From NCBI GenBank assembly GCA_002269645.1, contig NIVC01000317.1, positions 62,001 through 126,000 on the forward strand: DNA of 64,000 nucleotides, read 5' to 3'. A program made the position numbers and the translations under genes. Every line of letters begins with the position of its first letter. Position 1 is the stretch's first letter. The notes beneath the pieces are model-generated. The model worked only from the letters and a program-made list of their open reading frames with translations, made no database searches and was not told the DNA's origin. The DNA is from Macrostomum lignano (Eukaryota). Below, piece after piece: positions 26,864 through 38,685 of the stretch.

Positions 26864-29351
26864 TTAGCCGAACAATGCCACAGGAAATGGCTCGGTCTGA
26901 AGCAGGTCGGCCAGCTCGGCCGGATGTCGGGCCAGGAACTCGCGCACAGTGAGCAGCGCCGGATCGTCCGGCTGAAGCTCCCAGCGGTTTGCCCAGCGCA
27001 GGGCGGCGCGCGACCGCACGGCCGGGTCGAGCGAGTCGGGAGCGGACAGCAGGCACAGCAGGGCGGCCCGGCGCGCCTCGCTACAGCCGGCCTTCAATTC
27101 GTCTTCGGTGGCGTCGGCACCGACTGCCAGTTCGCTGAGCGTCGACACGATTCCGGCGACAGTCGAGCTATCCGAGCTTGAGCTGAGATGACCCTGCACT
27201 TCCGGCAGGAGGGCCAGCAGCTGCTCGGAGGCCAGGGGTCGAAGCGCCGCTAGGCGGCTCAGTTTTGCTTCCACTGTTGCTTCGGCTGGCTCCGCTTCAG
27301 GATTTAGTTCCGGCTCTGATTGAGCAACTGTTTTTGGAATTGTTGTAACATCCGCATAAACATCCGGTCTAGTGTTCTCCGATTCCAAAGACTGTGCCAA
27401 AGTGATTGCTTCCTTTTCTGCTTTCTTGCGCGCAGTTGCTTCTGCTTTCGCTTTTCTGCGCTCATCTGCTTCCGATTTCTTGCGAGCGGCTGCCTCTGCT
27501 TTTGCTTTTCTGCGCGCAACTGCTTCCTCTTTCTTACTTTTGAGTGTCTTTGCTTTTTCTTGCTTTTGCAAAGCATCTGCTTCAACTTCGGCCTTCTTAT
27601 CCTCTGTTTCTCTCTGTGCATCTGCTTTTGCTTGCTTCTGTGCATCTGCTTCCGATTTTGCTTTCTTGATAGAGTCTTCATCTGGAGCTTTTGTTTTCGC
27701 CTTCTTCAAAGCATCTGCTTTTACTTTCTTTCGTGCGTCTGCTTCCATTTCCGCTTCCGCTTTCTTATGAATATCTGCTTCCGCCTCCGCTTCCGCTTTG
27801 TTAGGAGCATCTGCTTCCGCATTCGCTTCCGCTTTTTTCTGAGAATCTGCTTCCATCTCCGCTTCAGCTTTCTTCTGAGCATCTGCTTCCGCCTCTGCTT
27901 CCACTTTCTTCTGAGCATCTGCTTCCGCCTCCGCTTCCACTTTCTTCTGAGCATCTGCTTCCGCTTTCTTCTGAGCATCTGCTTCCGCTTTCTTTTGAGC
28001 ATCTGCTTCCGCCTCCGCTTCCGCTTTCTTCTGAGCATCTGCTTCCGCTTTCTTCTGAGCATCTGCTTCCGCCTCCGCTTCCGCCTCCGCTTCCGCTTTC
28101 TTCTGAGAATCTCCACCTGTTGCCGCTTCTGCATTATTCCCAGCATCTTTATCTGCTGCATCTGCTTCCGCTTGCTTGCGAACAGCATTGGTTTCTGCAT
28201 CTAAATCAGTCAGGCGTGCCGCTTCAGTCTCGGCCTGCAGGCACAGATAATCGCCAGCATTATCGTCGATAGGCTCAAGAACTTCAGAAAGCCGGCCGCC
28301 GCATTGAAAGACGGCCCAAGCGGCCAGCGAGTCCGGCCGCCAGTCGGAGCCCAGCTTGGCCGACACGGCCTGATAGGCAGCTGAGCACTCCAGCCGGTGA
28401 CTGCTCTCCAGTCTGGGCCGCTTCTCAACCGGCTGCGGCTCCTCATCGTCTCTATCTTTGTCCGTCTCGTTCAACTCGCGCATCAGCGACTGGGCCATGG
28501 CCGGGATGTCAGCGAATAGCGACGATTCGGCGGCTAGAACGTCCGGGTCGAAGCCGAAATCCGATAAGGACTCCTGATCGGCTGAAGGAGGCGGCAGCGG
28601 CGGAGGCGGCAGCGGCGGAGGCGGCAGCGGAGGCTTCGGCATCTCCCGAGTCGGAGAGGAAGAAGCCAGAGAAGGCCGCTTGGCGCTGTAGCTTCGAAGC
28701 GTTCGCCGCCGCATCGGCACATCGCAACTGGTGGCCTCTTTTCCCACTGTCTCTTCCTCTTTCGCGCTGTCGTTTTCGGTGTCCCCGACGGTCTCGGGTG
28801 TCAGAGCCGCCGCTGCCGAGGCTCGCTTGCGCGTCTGCCGCGTCTGCCGTTTCGGTTTTGGCGCAGGCGGTGGTGGCGGCGGCGGCTTCGGCGGCGGCGG
28901 TCGCTTAGCCGGCAGCGCAGTCACGGTCTCAAACTCACCATCGCTATCGTCTGAACTGGTAGACAATGGCGTCGATGAGGACGACGAACTGGCCACCGCC
29001 GCGGACGCTGCTGCCTTGGTTCGGCCGCGCCTCCGACTGCTGTCAGCCGAGACTGCCGCTGCCGGCTTCCACTGGAGCGTCTGGCTGCCGACACTGCGAA
29101 CCGCCGGCCGCTTCTCCAGCGCTAGGCGGAGGTCGCGGTTGGCCAGCCGCAGCTGCACCAGCTCGTTGTTTGCCGTTTGCAACTCCTGACGGAGCTGCCG
29201 GCGCTCGGCTTCCAATTGGGCTGAGGCCAGCGCCGCTGTTAAATGCTGCCGCGGCGGCGCCGTTGAATCCGCGCCGCTATCGGCGCTTTGCGGTTGGCGC
29301 CGAAGTCGAGCGACTTCCGTCTCCAGCTGGGCGACGCGCTCGCATTTCTCT
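26864..29351 (-). CDS. Coiled-coil / low-complexity protein, tentatively ICE1-like (little elongation complex), large terminal exon
   Basis: ttgccag|A GAG acceptor extends the 783-aa ORF upstream without stops. Coiled coil, Pro-rich and AEADAQKK repeat regions, helical C-terminus. The exon is well supported; the identity is tentative. Confidence 0.8.
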
Positions 29352-29479
29352 CTGGCAAAAAGGACAGTTTAACAATTATTAATATATTCTCCCAGCATTT
29401 TAGTTGGTTGAAGTTAACCTCTTGCCCAGGTGACTATACATAATCTGGATCCCGAGTCTTCTCGAAACCCATAAGTACA

Positions 29480-29693
29480 GTTGTTATCGAAAACAAAGGA
29501 TTCGGTTGCGATGGAAACATCTGTAAATAGTTGCTATGGAAACAGTTATTCTCGGTTGCTATGGAAACAATCATTCTCGGTTGATATGGAAACAATTATT
29601 CTCGGTTGCTATGGTAACAATTATTCTCGGTTGCTATGGAAACAATTATTCTTGGTTGCTATGGAAACAATTATTCTCAGTTGCTATGGAAAC
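29480..29693. repeat. 25-bp minisatellite of RFX X-box motifs
   Basis: GTTGCTATGGAAAC or a 1-nt variant at 29505, 29530, 29555, 29580, 29605, 29630, 29655 and 29680. Confidence 0.93.
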
Positions 29694-29788
29694 CCTAGAT
29701 CTAGGCTTATGGAGCCTTGCAATTCAGTATTAATTGACTTCCGGAACCAGTTAACCAGGGGTGTACTCTGAAATTCAGGCCAACTCAC

Positions 29789-29880
29789 TTGTACGCGTGT
29801 AGAATCTCGTTGCATTCGAGCACAATGCCTTTGGCGCGGAACAGCGCCTGCAACAGCTGCTCCCGGCTCAGATTTGAGTA
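29789..29880 (-). CDS. Same gene, upstream exon (YSNLSREQLLQALFRAKGIVLECNEILHAYK)
   Basis: ttccag|TAC acceptor (phase 0); AA|gtgagt donor (phase 2) matches the next acceptor. Resembles the remembered human ICE1 N-terminus (NLNEYVEALITLKQKIINTDNLLTEYQKKC). No ATG in frame. Confidence 0.7.
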
Positions 29881-30014
29881 CTGGAATCGGAGTGGCGTGA
29901 AGTTTTAAGTCAATTCTAAATTGAAATATTTTTTCTAAAACAACTCTTCTTTTGTAGTGAACGCGCCTAGTTGCAGGGAATCACTATCAGCTGGAAGGAT
30001 CCTTATTTAGCTGT

Positions 30015-30560
30015 GGCGAATCCCTATCTAGATATGGGGAATCCCTGTCTAGGTGAGGGAAATCCCTATCTAGATATGGGAATCCCTGTCTAGCTGAAGG
30101 GAATCCCTATCAAGATATGGGGAATCCCTGACTACATGTGGGGAATCACTATCTAGATATGGGGAATCCCTGTCTAGGTGAGGGGAATCCCTATAAAGAT
30201 ATGGGGAATCCCTGTCTACATGTGGAAAATCCCTATCCAGATATGGGGAATCCCTGTCTAGGTGAGGGGAATCCCTATAAAGATATGGGGAATCCCTGTC
30301 TACATGTGGAAAATCCCTATCCAGATATAGGGAATCCCTGTCTAGGTGAGGGAAATCCCTATTTAGATATGGGGAATCCCTGTCTAGCTGAGGGGAAACC
30401 CTATCAAGATACGAGGAATCCTTGACTACATGTGGGCCATTGTGGGGAATCACTATCTAGATATGGGGAATCCCTGTATAACTGAGGGAAACCCCTATCT
30501 AGATATGGGGAATCCCTGTCGAGGTGAGGAAATCCCTATCAAGATATGGGGAATCCCTGT
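30015..30560. repeat. 21/42-bp minisatellite with GGGGAATCCC core
   Basis: Alternating ggggaatccctgtctaggtga / ggggaatccctatctagatat. Confidence 0.93.
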
Positions 30561-30954
30561 ATGGCTGAGTCTATAGCCTGCAGTCTTGAATAAAACAGAT
30601 GCAGCTTTCTATATTTTGGAGATTATGGAGCAAGGCGAGCAAGATTCAAAATTCTTATCTAATGCAATATCTTACTATAAGTAGTCACTCTAGTTGCAAC
30701 TTTTGAATAAAAAATAATTAAGAGAAAAAATGTCGAATAGAAAATCGTGGCTCCAATTATCTCGCAAATCAGTCAGCGGCACGGAAATTTATTGGTTGAA
30801 TTGTTTAGTCCGTTTCATTCGTGACTTGCCGGACACAAAGTTATAAATTAGTTTAACGGCATTTCAGAGAAAGTGAGAAAGAGAGACTGTGCCTTTGATG
30901 GGGCGATTTTCGGAACAAGTATTTGTCGAACTTGTAAATAAGTAGAGGATAGTG

Positions 30955-32610
30955 GCGGATAGAGGCAGAAAGAGGGCAGAGCACTGGCAGATAGATAATA
31001 GAAGAGGCAGATAGATGAGACAGAAAGATGAGGCAGTTAGATGAGGCAGATAGATGAGGCAGGTAGATGAGGCAGGTAGCTGAGGCAGATAGATGAAGCA
31101 GGTAGAAGAGGCAGATTATGAGGCAGGTAGATGAGGCAGATAGATGAGGCAGATAGATGAGGCAGATAGAAGAGGCAGGTAGATGAGGCAGATAGATGAG
31201 GCAGATAGAAGAGGCAGGTAGATGAGGCAGATAGATGAGGCAGATAGATGAGGCAGGTAGAAGAGGCAGATAGATGAGGCAGGTAGAAGAGGCAGATTGA
31301 TGAGGCACATTGATGAGGCAGATAGAAGAGGCAGATAGAAGAGGCAGGTAGATGAGGCAGATAGAAGAGGCAGATAGAAGAGGCAGATACAAGAGGCAGA
31401 TAGAAGAGGCAGATAGATGAGGCAGGTAGATGAGGCAGATAGAAGAGGCAGGTAGATGAGGCAGATAGATGAGGCAGATAGAAGAGGCAGGTAGATGAGG
31501 CAGATAGATGAGGCAGATAGATGAGGCAGGTAGAAGAGGCAGATAGATGAGGCAGGTAGAAGAGGCAGATTGATGAGGCACATTGATGAGGCAGATAGAA
31601 GAGGCAGATAGAAGAGGCAGGTAGATGAGGCAGATAGAAGAGGCAGATAGAAGAGGCAGATACAAGAGGCAGATAGAAGAGGCAGATAGATGAGGCAGGT
31701 AGATGAGGCAGATAGAAGAGGCAGGTAGATGAGGCAGATAGATGAGGCAGATAGAAGAGGCAGGTAGATGAGGCAGATAGATGAGGCAGATAGATGAGGC
31801 AGGTAGAAGAGGCAGATAGATGAGGCAGGTAGAAGAGGCAGATTGATGAGGCACATTGATGAGGCAGATAGAAGAGGCAGATAGAAGAGGCAGGTAGATG
31901 AGGCAGATAGAAGAGGCAGATAGAAGAGGCAGATACAAGAGGCAGATAGAAGAGGCAGATAGATGAGGCAGGTAGATGAGGCAGATAGAAGAGGCAGGTA
32001 GATGAGGCAGGTAGATGAGGCAGGTAGATGAGGCAGATAGATGAAGCAGGTAGAAGAGGCAGATTATGAGGCAGGTAGATGAGGCAGATAGATGAGGCAG
32101 ATAGATGAGGCAGATAGAAGAGGCAGGTAGATGAGGCAGATAGAAGAGGCAGATTGATGAGGCAGATTGATGAGGCAGGTAGATGAGGCAGATAGAAGAG
32201 GCAGGTAGATGAGGCAGGTAGATGAGGCAGGTAGATGAGGCAGATAGATGAAGCAGGTAGAAGAGGCAGATTATGAGGCAGGTAGATGAGGCAGATAGAT
32301 GAGGCAGATAGATGAGGCAGATAGAAGAGGCAGGTAGATGAGGCAGATAGAAGAGGCAGATTGATGAGGCAGATTGATGAGGCAGATTTATGAGGCAGAT
32401 AGAAGAGGCAGGTAGATGAGGCAGATAGAAGAGGCAGATAGAAGAGGCAGATACAAGAGGCAGGTAGATGAGGCAGATAGAAGAGGCAGATAGAAGAGGC
32501 AGGTAGATGAGGCAGATAGAAGAGGCAGGTAGATGAGGCAGGTAGATGAGGCAGATAGAAGAGGCAGGTAGATGGGGCAGGTAGATGAGGCAGGTAGATG
32601 AAGCAGATAG
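30955..32610. repeat. 13-bp minisatellite with 273-bp higher-order repeat
   Basis: Units ag(a/g)taga(t/a)gaggc. The rare variant cacat recurs at 31306, 31579 and 31852. Confidence 0.93.
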
Positions 32611-33354
32611 ATCACAGAGCGAGCTTCCGTCAAGCCGGGATGCAAAGGCTCAAATAAAAAAGTTTAAGAACACGTGGTGAAAAGTATATCATCAGCAAAT
32701 TTATAGGCATAGTATAAATATTATAAAAATGTACTATTACATAGAAGAGCTGCGTCAATTTTAGACTAAAAGCATTCGGGAATCGCGATTTCACAACAGC
32801 TCTATGAAGATGGGCGGCGGTTTGTTGAAACTAAGCAAAAAAACAGCGTCAATTCTTGGACTAGAGGGGGGCATGTTATTGCTATACAGAATAGATGCGC
32901 AGTTTAAACAAACAAAATGACTTGTGAATAATTAATAATCGTAATAATTGCAAGCTGCTAGGAGGCGCTGAATTACATTGGACGCGATTACAGACTAGCA
33001 TTGAAATAAAATTACTCTTTGTGTAATAAAACTAATTAATTATACTAATGCAAAGTTGAATTATTAATTCTGGTAAAATGTGGGGGACGTGGCGGGCTCT
33101 GGGCGCTCGAACTAAAATGACAATAGAACCAGCCGCAATGTACTTTAATTAATGTACTCCTTACCAACAGGGCCTAGGCTGGGACGGCGAAACAGTGGAG
33201 AGAAAGACCAGGACAGAGGGGGGATATTATGCAATTCACTTTTCTCTCAGGAGCGATGTTTCACAGTGTGTAACACTGGTTATTTTGCACTGCGGTTAGG
33301 CGAAATATGGACGAACAATTTTTTTCATGGAAAAGTTCGACTTCAGCTTGAAAT

Positions 33355-33960
33355 GAGGGTGATGAAGAAAAAGGGATGAAGAAAGGGAGAGGGAGATGAA
33401 GAGGGAGATGAATAGAGGGAGAGGGAGATGAAGAGGGGGAGAGGGAGATGAATAGTGGGAGGGGGAGATGAAGAGAGGGAGAGGGAAATGAAGAGAGGGA
33501 GATGAATAGAGAATGAGGGAGATGAATAGAGAATGAGGGAGATGAAGAGAGGGAGAGGGAAATGAAGAGAGGGAGATGAAGAGAGGAAGATGAAGAGAGG
33601 GAGAGGGAAATGAAGAGAGGGAGATGAATAGAGAATGAGGGAGATGAAGAGAGGGAGAGGGAGATGAAGAGAGGGAGATGAAGAGAGGGAGATGAAGAGA
33701 GGGAGATGAAGAGGGGGAGAGGGAGATGAATAGAGGGAGATGAATAGAGGGAGAGGGAAATGAAGAGAGGGAGATGAAGAGAGGGAGATGAAGAGAGGGA
33801 GATGAATAGAGGGAGATGAAGAGAGGGAGAGGGAAATGAATAGAGGGAAATGAAGAGAGGGAGAGGGAAATGAATAGAGGGAGATGAAGAGAGGGAGAGG
33901 GAAATGAATAGAGGGAGATGAAGAGAGGGAGAGGGAGACAGAGATGAAGGAGGGAAGAGG
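33355..33960. repeat. GA-rich satellite
   Basis: gagggagatgaa(g/t)a units. Confidence 0.9.
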
Positions 33961-34335
33961 GGAGCATGCACAGCAGCCGAGGTCAAGCATTCCCATTAAA
34001 GCATTCCCAAATACAGCTATCAGCTTGATGGCTTCAATTCAAAGTCGGATTGTTTCCAAAACGCAGCGCGAACTCCCGCCCGCAGCAGTAAATGCAGGCA
34101 AACAAAAGCAAAATTAGAAAAGAGGCTATGAGTAGAAACCCGCAGCTACTATACTGTGAAAGAGGTCAGGGAAGTTAAATTAGGCCTGCATTCTAATAAT
34201 CAAACATGCCGTCTGTTCAGCCTGATGAAATAAAAAATGAGCAAGAAACAGCTAACAAATAGAGAAGCAGAGTAAGCTATCAGAAATGATATAATACGAA
34301 CGCGGGGAGACGGAGCAGAACAGACAAATTGGGCA

Positions 34336-34655
34336 TCACAAAAATGAATCGCCAGGCAGACCCGTGGCTGTTACTGTTAGTAGTATTAGCAGCAGGTTGA
34401 GCATCGGCGGCAGCAGCGGGCACCAACGAGACGAAGCGACAAGGCGGCCGGATCCGGCAGTCGCGTTGCCAACCGTGAAGTTGGCGGTGTCGTTGTCGAC
34501 GTCTTGTATCGCTGGGGCCGGTGGCGGGGGCGGCGGCGCCAGCAGTTTGCAGCCGGTGAATCGAATTTCGCTGCGGTTCGGCCCAGTCGGCTTGTAGCAG
34601 CAGCAGTCGGATTCGGGACAGCGGTCGGTGAAGCCGGCGCCTTTGTAGCTGTCCT
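34336..34655 (-). CDS. NALF1: NALCN channel auxiliary factor (FAM155/NLF-1 family), exon 3
   Basis: cccgcag|AG acceptor (phase 1). EDSYKG...ESDCCCY...MLNLLLILLTVTATGLPGDSFL*, i.e. a CC motif and hydrophobic C-terminus as in FAM155A. Missed by the ORF track. Confidence 0.82.
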
Positions 34656-34664
34656 CTGCGGGTG

Positions 34665-35170
34665 GTCAGCGTGGGTGGTGAGGTCAGTGTGGGGCAGGTG
34701 GTGAGGTCAGTGTGGGGCAGGTGGTGAGGTCAGTGTGGGGCAGGTGGTGAGGTCAGTGTGGGGCGTCTGGTGAGGTCAGTGTGGGGCAGGTGGTGAGGTC
34801 AGAGTGGTGCGGGTGGCGAGGTCAGTGTGGGGCAGGTGGTGAGGTCAGTGTGGGGCAGGTGGTGAGGTGAGGTCAGCGTGGGGCGGGTGGTGAGGTCAGA
34901 GTGGGGCGGGTGGTGAGGTGAGATCAGTGAGGTCAAGGCGGACAGCAGTGATGTCAAAGGGGAGATCAGTGAGGTCAAGGCGGACAGCAGTGAGGTCAAG
35001 GTGGACAGCAGTGAGGTCAAAGGGAAGATCAGTGAGGTCAAGGCGGACAGCAGTGAGGTCAAAGGGGAGATCAGTGAGGTCAAGGCGGACAGCAGTGATG
35101 TCAAAGGGGAGATCAGTGAGGTCAGGGCGGACAGCAGTGAGGTCAAGGCAGACAGCAGTGAGGTCAAATG
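34665..35170. repeat. Two adjacent 21-23-bp minisatellites sharing GTGAGGTCA
   Basis: gtgtggggcaggtggtgaggtca, then cagtgaggtcaaggcggacag. Confidence 0.9.
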
Positions 35171-35636
35171 ATGGAGCGCAGAAACAAACTGATAGATTAA
35201 AAGACATGTAAAAGATGGTGTAAAAGCAGCAACAATAGGGCTCGAATGGTCAAGGCCCGACGCGTGTTAGCAGTCGCACAGCCAGGAATTGCATGAGCAG
35301 AAGCGTTAAGCATAAATAAGGAGAGCCCTGTGGGAGAAGCTGGGTGAATGACGAAACCTCGTGATGCGAGATGGCGGCTGATGCGCAGATGACACGGAGA
35401 CGAAGCGGCTATGGGGGATTCGAGCGCCAGAAGCGGGAGGGAGATAAAAGCTGGACTAGGATCCGGAGCCGCTCACCCTGCAATAGCAGAACGGCCAACA
35501 CAAATCCTAGAAAAACCAATCATTAATTTATTCCCGAATGTAAATCCCTAACTGTTGCATTTGCCTGCCGCAAATAATCCATAATCATAGCTCGTTGTTG
35601 TCCGCTCAATGAGCAACTCGCGAAACGGGATCAAAG

Positions 35637-35685
35637 ACCGACAGACAGACAGACAGGCAGGCAGGCAGGCAGACAGACAGACAGG

Positions 35686-35773
<88 letters not shown>

Positions 35774-35798
35774 GAGAGAGACAGACACTAAGACACTA

Positions 35799-35829
<31 letters not shown>

Positions 35830-35858
35830 GAGACAGACAGACAGACAGACACACAGAA

Positions 35859-35922
<64 letters not shown>

Positions 35923-35935
35923 GCACAGACAGACA
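35637..35935. repeat. (GACA)n
   Basis: Directly visible. Confidence 0.93.
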
Positions 35936-36814
35936 GACGAACAGCTAAAGCAGTAGAATCGCACTAGTAGCAGATCCGAGTAGGCACAGAGAATCCCAGA
36001 AAAGCATTGGATTTGGCAGCCGTGCAGCAGATGAACACACGGAATCCTTGAAAGTGCTTTCCCCACACCGCTGCCGCCCCAAGGCAGAGAGCCACTGTAC
36101 ACGGAGCACTTGGATAACTATATATTAATATGAGCAGATGAACTTTTCCCAAATTCTTCAATAGAACACTTGGGCAAGAGGTTCGTTTTTGCACAGCAGA
36201 GCAGACTGCGGGCGGAATTGGCAGAACGCGAATCTGCCGGAAGGGATTTCGTACGCGGCGGCAACAGCTGCACTAATAAGTTCATAGCGCACTGGGTCAA
36301 CTTTCTTCCCATTTCCCATCTATCTCTCTCCTTCAGTCCCTCCCACTCTCTGGCGCTCTCTCTCTAGCCAAGCCGCGGTTGCGGTCTGCAATGCTAGGGA
36401 GGATGGGGATTACAATAATATCCGCTAGAGCGAGCTGGCAAACCCGATACAGCAAGTAGAAGAGAAAAAAGATTGCTCACTGCTCTGCTCAAGGCTACTT
36501 AGATGCGGTTCGCTTGTAGCTGACAGGGCGGGGTGGGTGTGAAGCCGAGAGGGGTGGCGGTCTCTGAGACACCCTAGCGCAGAATTGGAAGCCTTACACT
36601 ACATACTAATACTGCATAGGTGGAGGCCGTTATTGGCCGAGCTAGACTTATAGCATTGGTAATAGTATTCATAATAAAATATTGCTGTGGCCTGGCAATG
36701 CTCGAAAACAAACAGGATTGATTTGATTGACAGGAAGGATATGAGATCGAGGAAGTTCAGACCAAGGAGCTAAGGGAATTAAAAAAGATGGAGAGGATGC
36801 AGGGTAGAAGAACG

Positions 36815-38648
36815 TGAGTAGAAGGTAGAATGAGTGAGGGTAGAGTGAGTGAGGGTAGAGTGAGTGATTGAGGGTAGAGTGGGGGTAGAGTGAGTGAGGG
36901 TAGAGTGAGTGAATCTAGAGTGAGTGAGGGTAGAGTGAGTGAATCTAGAGTGAGTGAGGGTAGAGTGAGTGAGGGTGGAGTGAGTGAGGTTAGAGTGAGT
37001 GAGGGTAGAGTGGGTGAGGGTAGAATGAGTGAGGGTAGAGTGAGTGAAGCTAGAGTGGGTGAGGGTAGAGTGAGGGTATTGAGTGGGGGTAGAGTGGGTG
37101 AGGGTAGTGAGTGAGGGTGAGGTGAGGGTAGAGTGAGTGAGGGTAGAGTGAGTGATTGAGGGTAGAGTGGGGGTAGAGTGAGTGAGGGTAGAGTGAGTGA
37201 ATCTAGAGTGAGTGAGGGTAGAGTGAGTGAATCTAGAGTGAGTGAGGGTAGAGTGAGTGAATCTAGAGTGAGTGAGGGTAGAGTGAGTGAGGGTGGAGTG
37301 AGTGAGGTTAGAGTGAGTGAGGGTAGAGTGGGTGAGGGTAGAATGAGTGAGGGTAGAGTGAGTGAAGCTAGAGTGGGTGAGGGTAGAGTGAGGGTATTGA
37401 GTGGGGGTAGAGTGGGTGAGGGTAGTGAGTGAGGGTGAGGTGAGGGTAGAGTGAGTGAGGGTAGAGTGAGTGATTGAGGGTAGAGTGGGGGTAGAGTGAG
37501 TGAGGGTAGAGTGAGTGAATCTAGAGTGAGTGAGGGTAGAGTGAGTGAATCTAGAGTGAGTGAGGGTAGAGTGAGTGAGGGTGGAGTGAGTGAGGTTAGA
37601 GTGAGTGAGGGTAGAGTGGGTGAGGGTAGAATGAGTGAGGGTAGAGTGAGTGAAGCTAGAGTGGGTGAGGGTAGAGTGAGGGTATTGAGTGGGGGTAGAG
37701 TGGGTGAGGGTAGTGAGTGAGGGTGAGGTGAGGGTAGAGTGAGTGAGGGTAGAGTGAGTGATTGAGGGTAGAGTGGGGGTAGAGTGAGTGAGGGTAGAGT
37801 GAGTGAATCTAGAGTGAGTGAGGGTAGAGTGAGTGAATCTAGAGTGAGTGAGGGTAGAGTGAGTGAGGGTGGAGTGAGTGAGGTTAGAGTGAGTGAGGGT
37901 AGAGTGGGTGAGGGTAGAATGAGTGAGGGTAGAGTGAGTGAAGCTAGAGTGGGTGAGGGTAGAGTGAGGGTATTGAGTGGGGGTAGAGTGGGTGAGGGTA
38001 GTGAGTGAGGGTGAGGTGAGGGTAGAGTGAGTGAGGGTGGAGTGGGTGAGGCTAGAGTGAGTGAGGGTAGAGTGGGTGAGGGTAGAATGAGTGAGGGTAG
38101 AGTGAGTGAAGCTAGAGTGGGTGAGGGTAGAGTGAGGGTATTGAGTGAGGGTAGAGTGGGTGAGGGTAGTGAGTGAGGGTGAGGTGAGGGTAGAGTGAGT
38201 GAGGGTGGAGTGGGTGAGGCTAGAGTGAGTGAGGGTAGAGTTGGTGAGGGTAGAGTGAGTGAGGGTGGAGTGAGTGAGGCTAGAGTTAGTGAGGGTAGAG
38301 TGAGGGCAAGTGAGTGAGGGTAGTTAGTGAGGGTAGAGTGAGGCTAGAGTGAGTGAGGCTAGAGTTAGTGAGGGTAGAGTGAGGGCGAGTGAGTGAGGGT
38401 AGTTAGTGAGGGTAGAGTGAGGGCGAGTGAGTGAGGGTAGTGAGTGAGGGTAGAGTGAGGGCGAGTGAGTGAGGGTAGTTAGTGAGGGTAGAGTGAGGGC
38501 GAGTGAGTGAGGGTAGTGAGTGAGGGTAGAGTGAGGGCGAGTGAGTGAGGGTAGAGTGAGGGCGAGTGAGTGAGGGTAGTGAGTGAGGGTAGAGTGAGGG
38601 CGAGTGAGTGAGGGTAGTGAGTGAGGGTAGAGTGAGGGCGAGTGAGTG
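36815..38648. repeat. 15-bp minisatellite (GAGTGAGTGAGGGTA) with 288/318-bp higher-order blocks
   Basis: Matching peptide blocks at 36890, 37178, 37496 and 37784 in the ORF track. Confidence 0.93.
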
Positions 38649-38685
38649 AGAGCGCAGGGGCGGCAAGCACAGCCCAGACACAAAC

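Noticed and set aside
27304-29382. Overlapping plus-strand and alternate-frame ORFs over the ICE1-like exon (similar shadows at 47-526, 1017-1763, 3727-4167, 16129-16933, 46034-46651)
   Set aside because: Antisense shadows of GC-rich coding sequence with no motifs or splice support.
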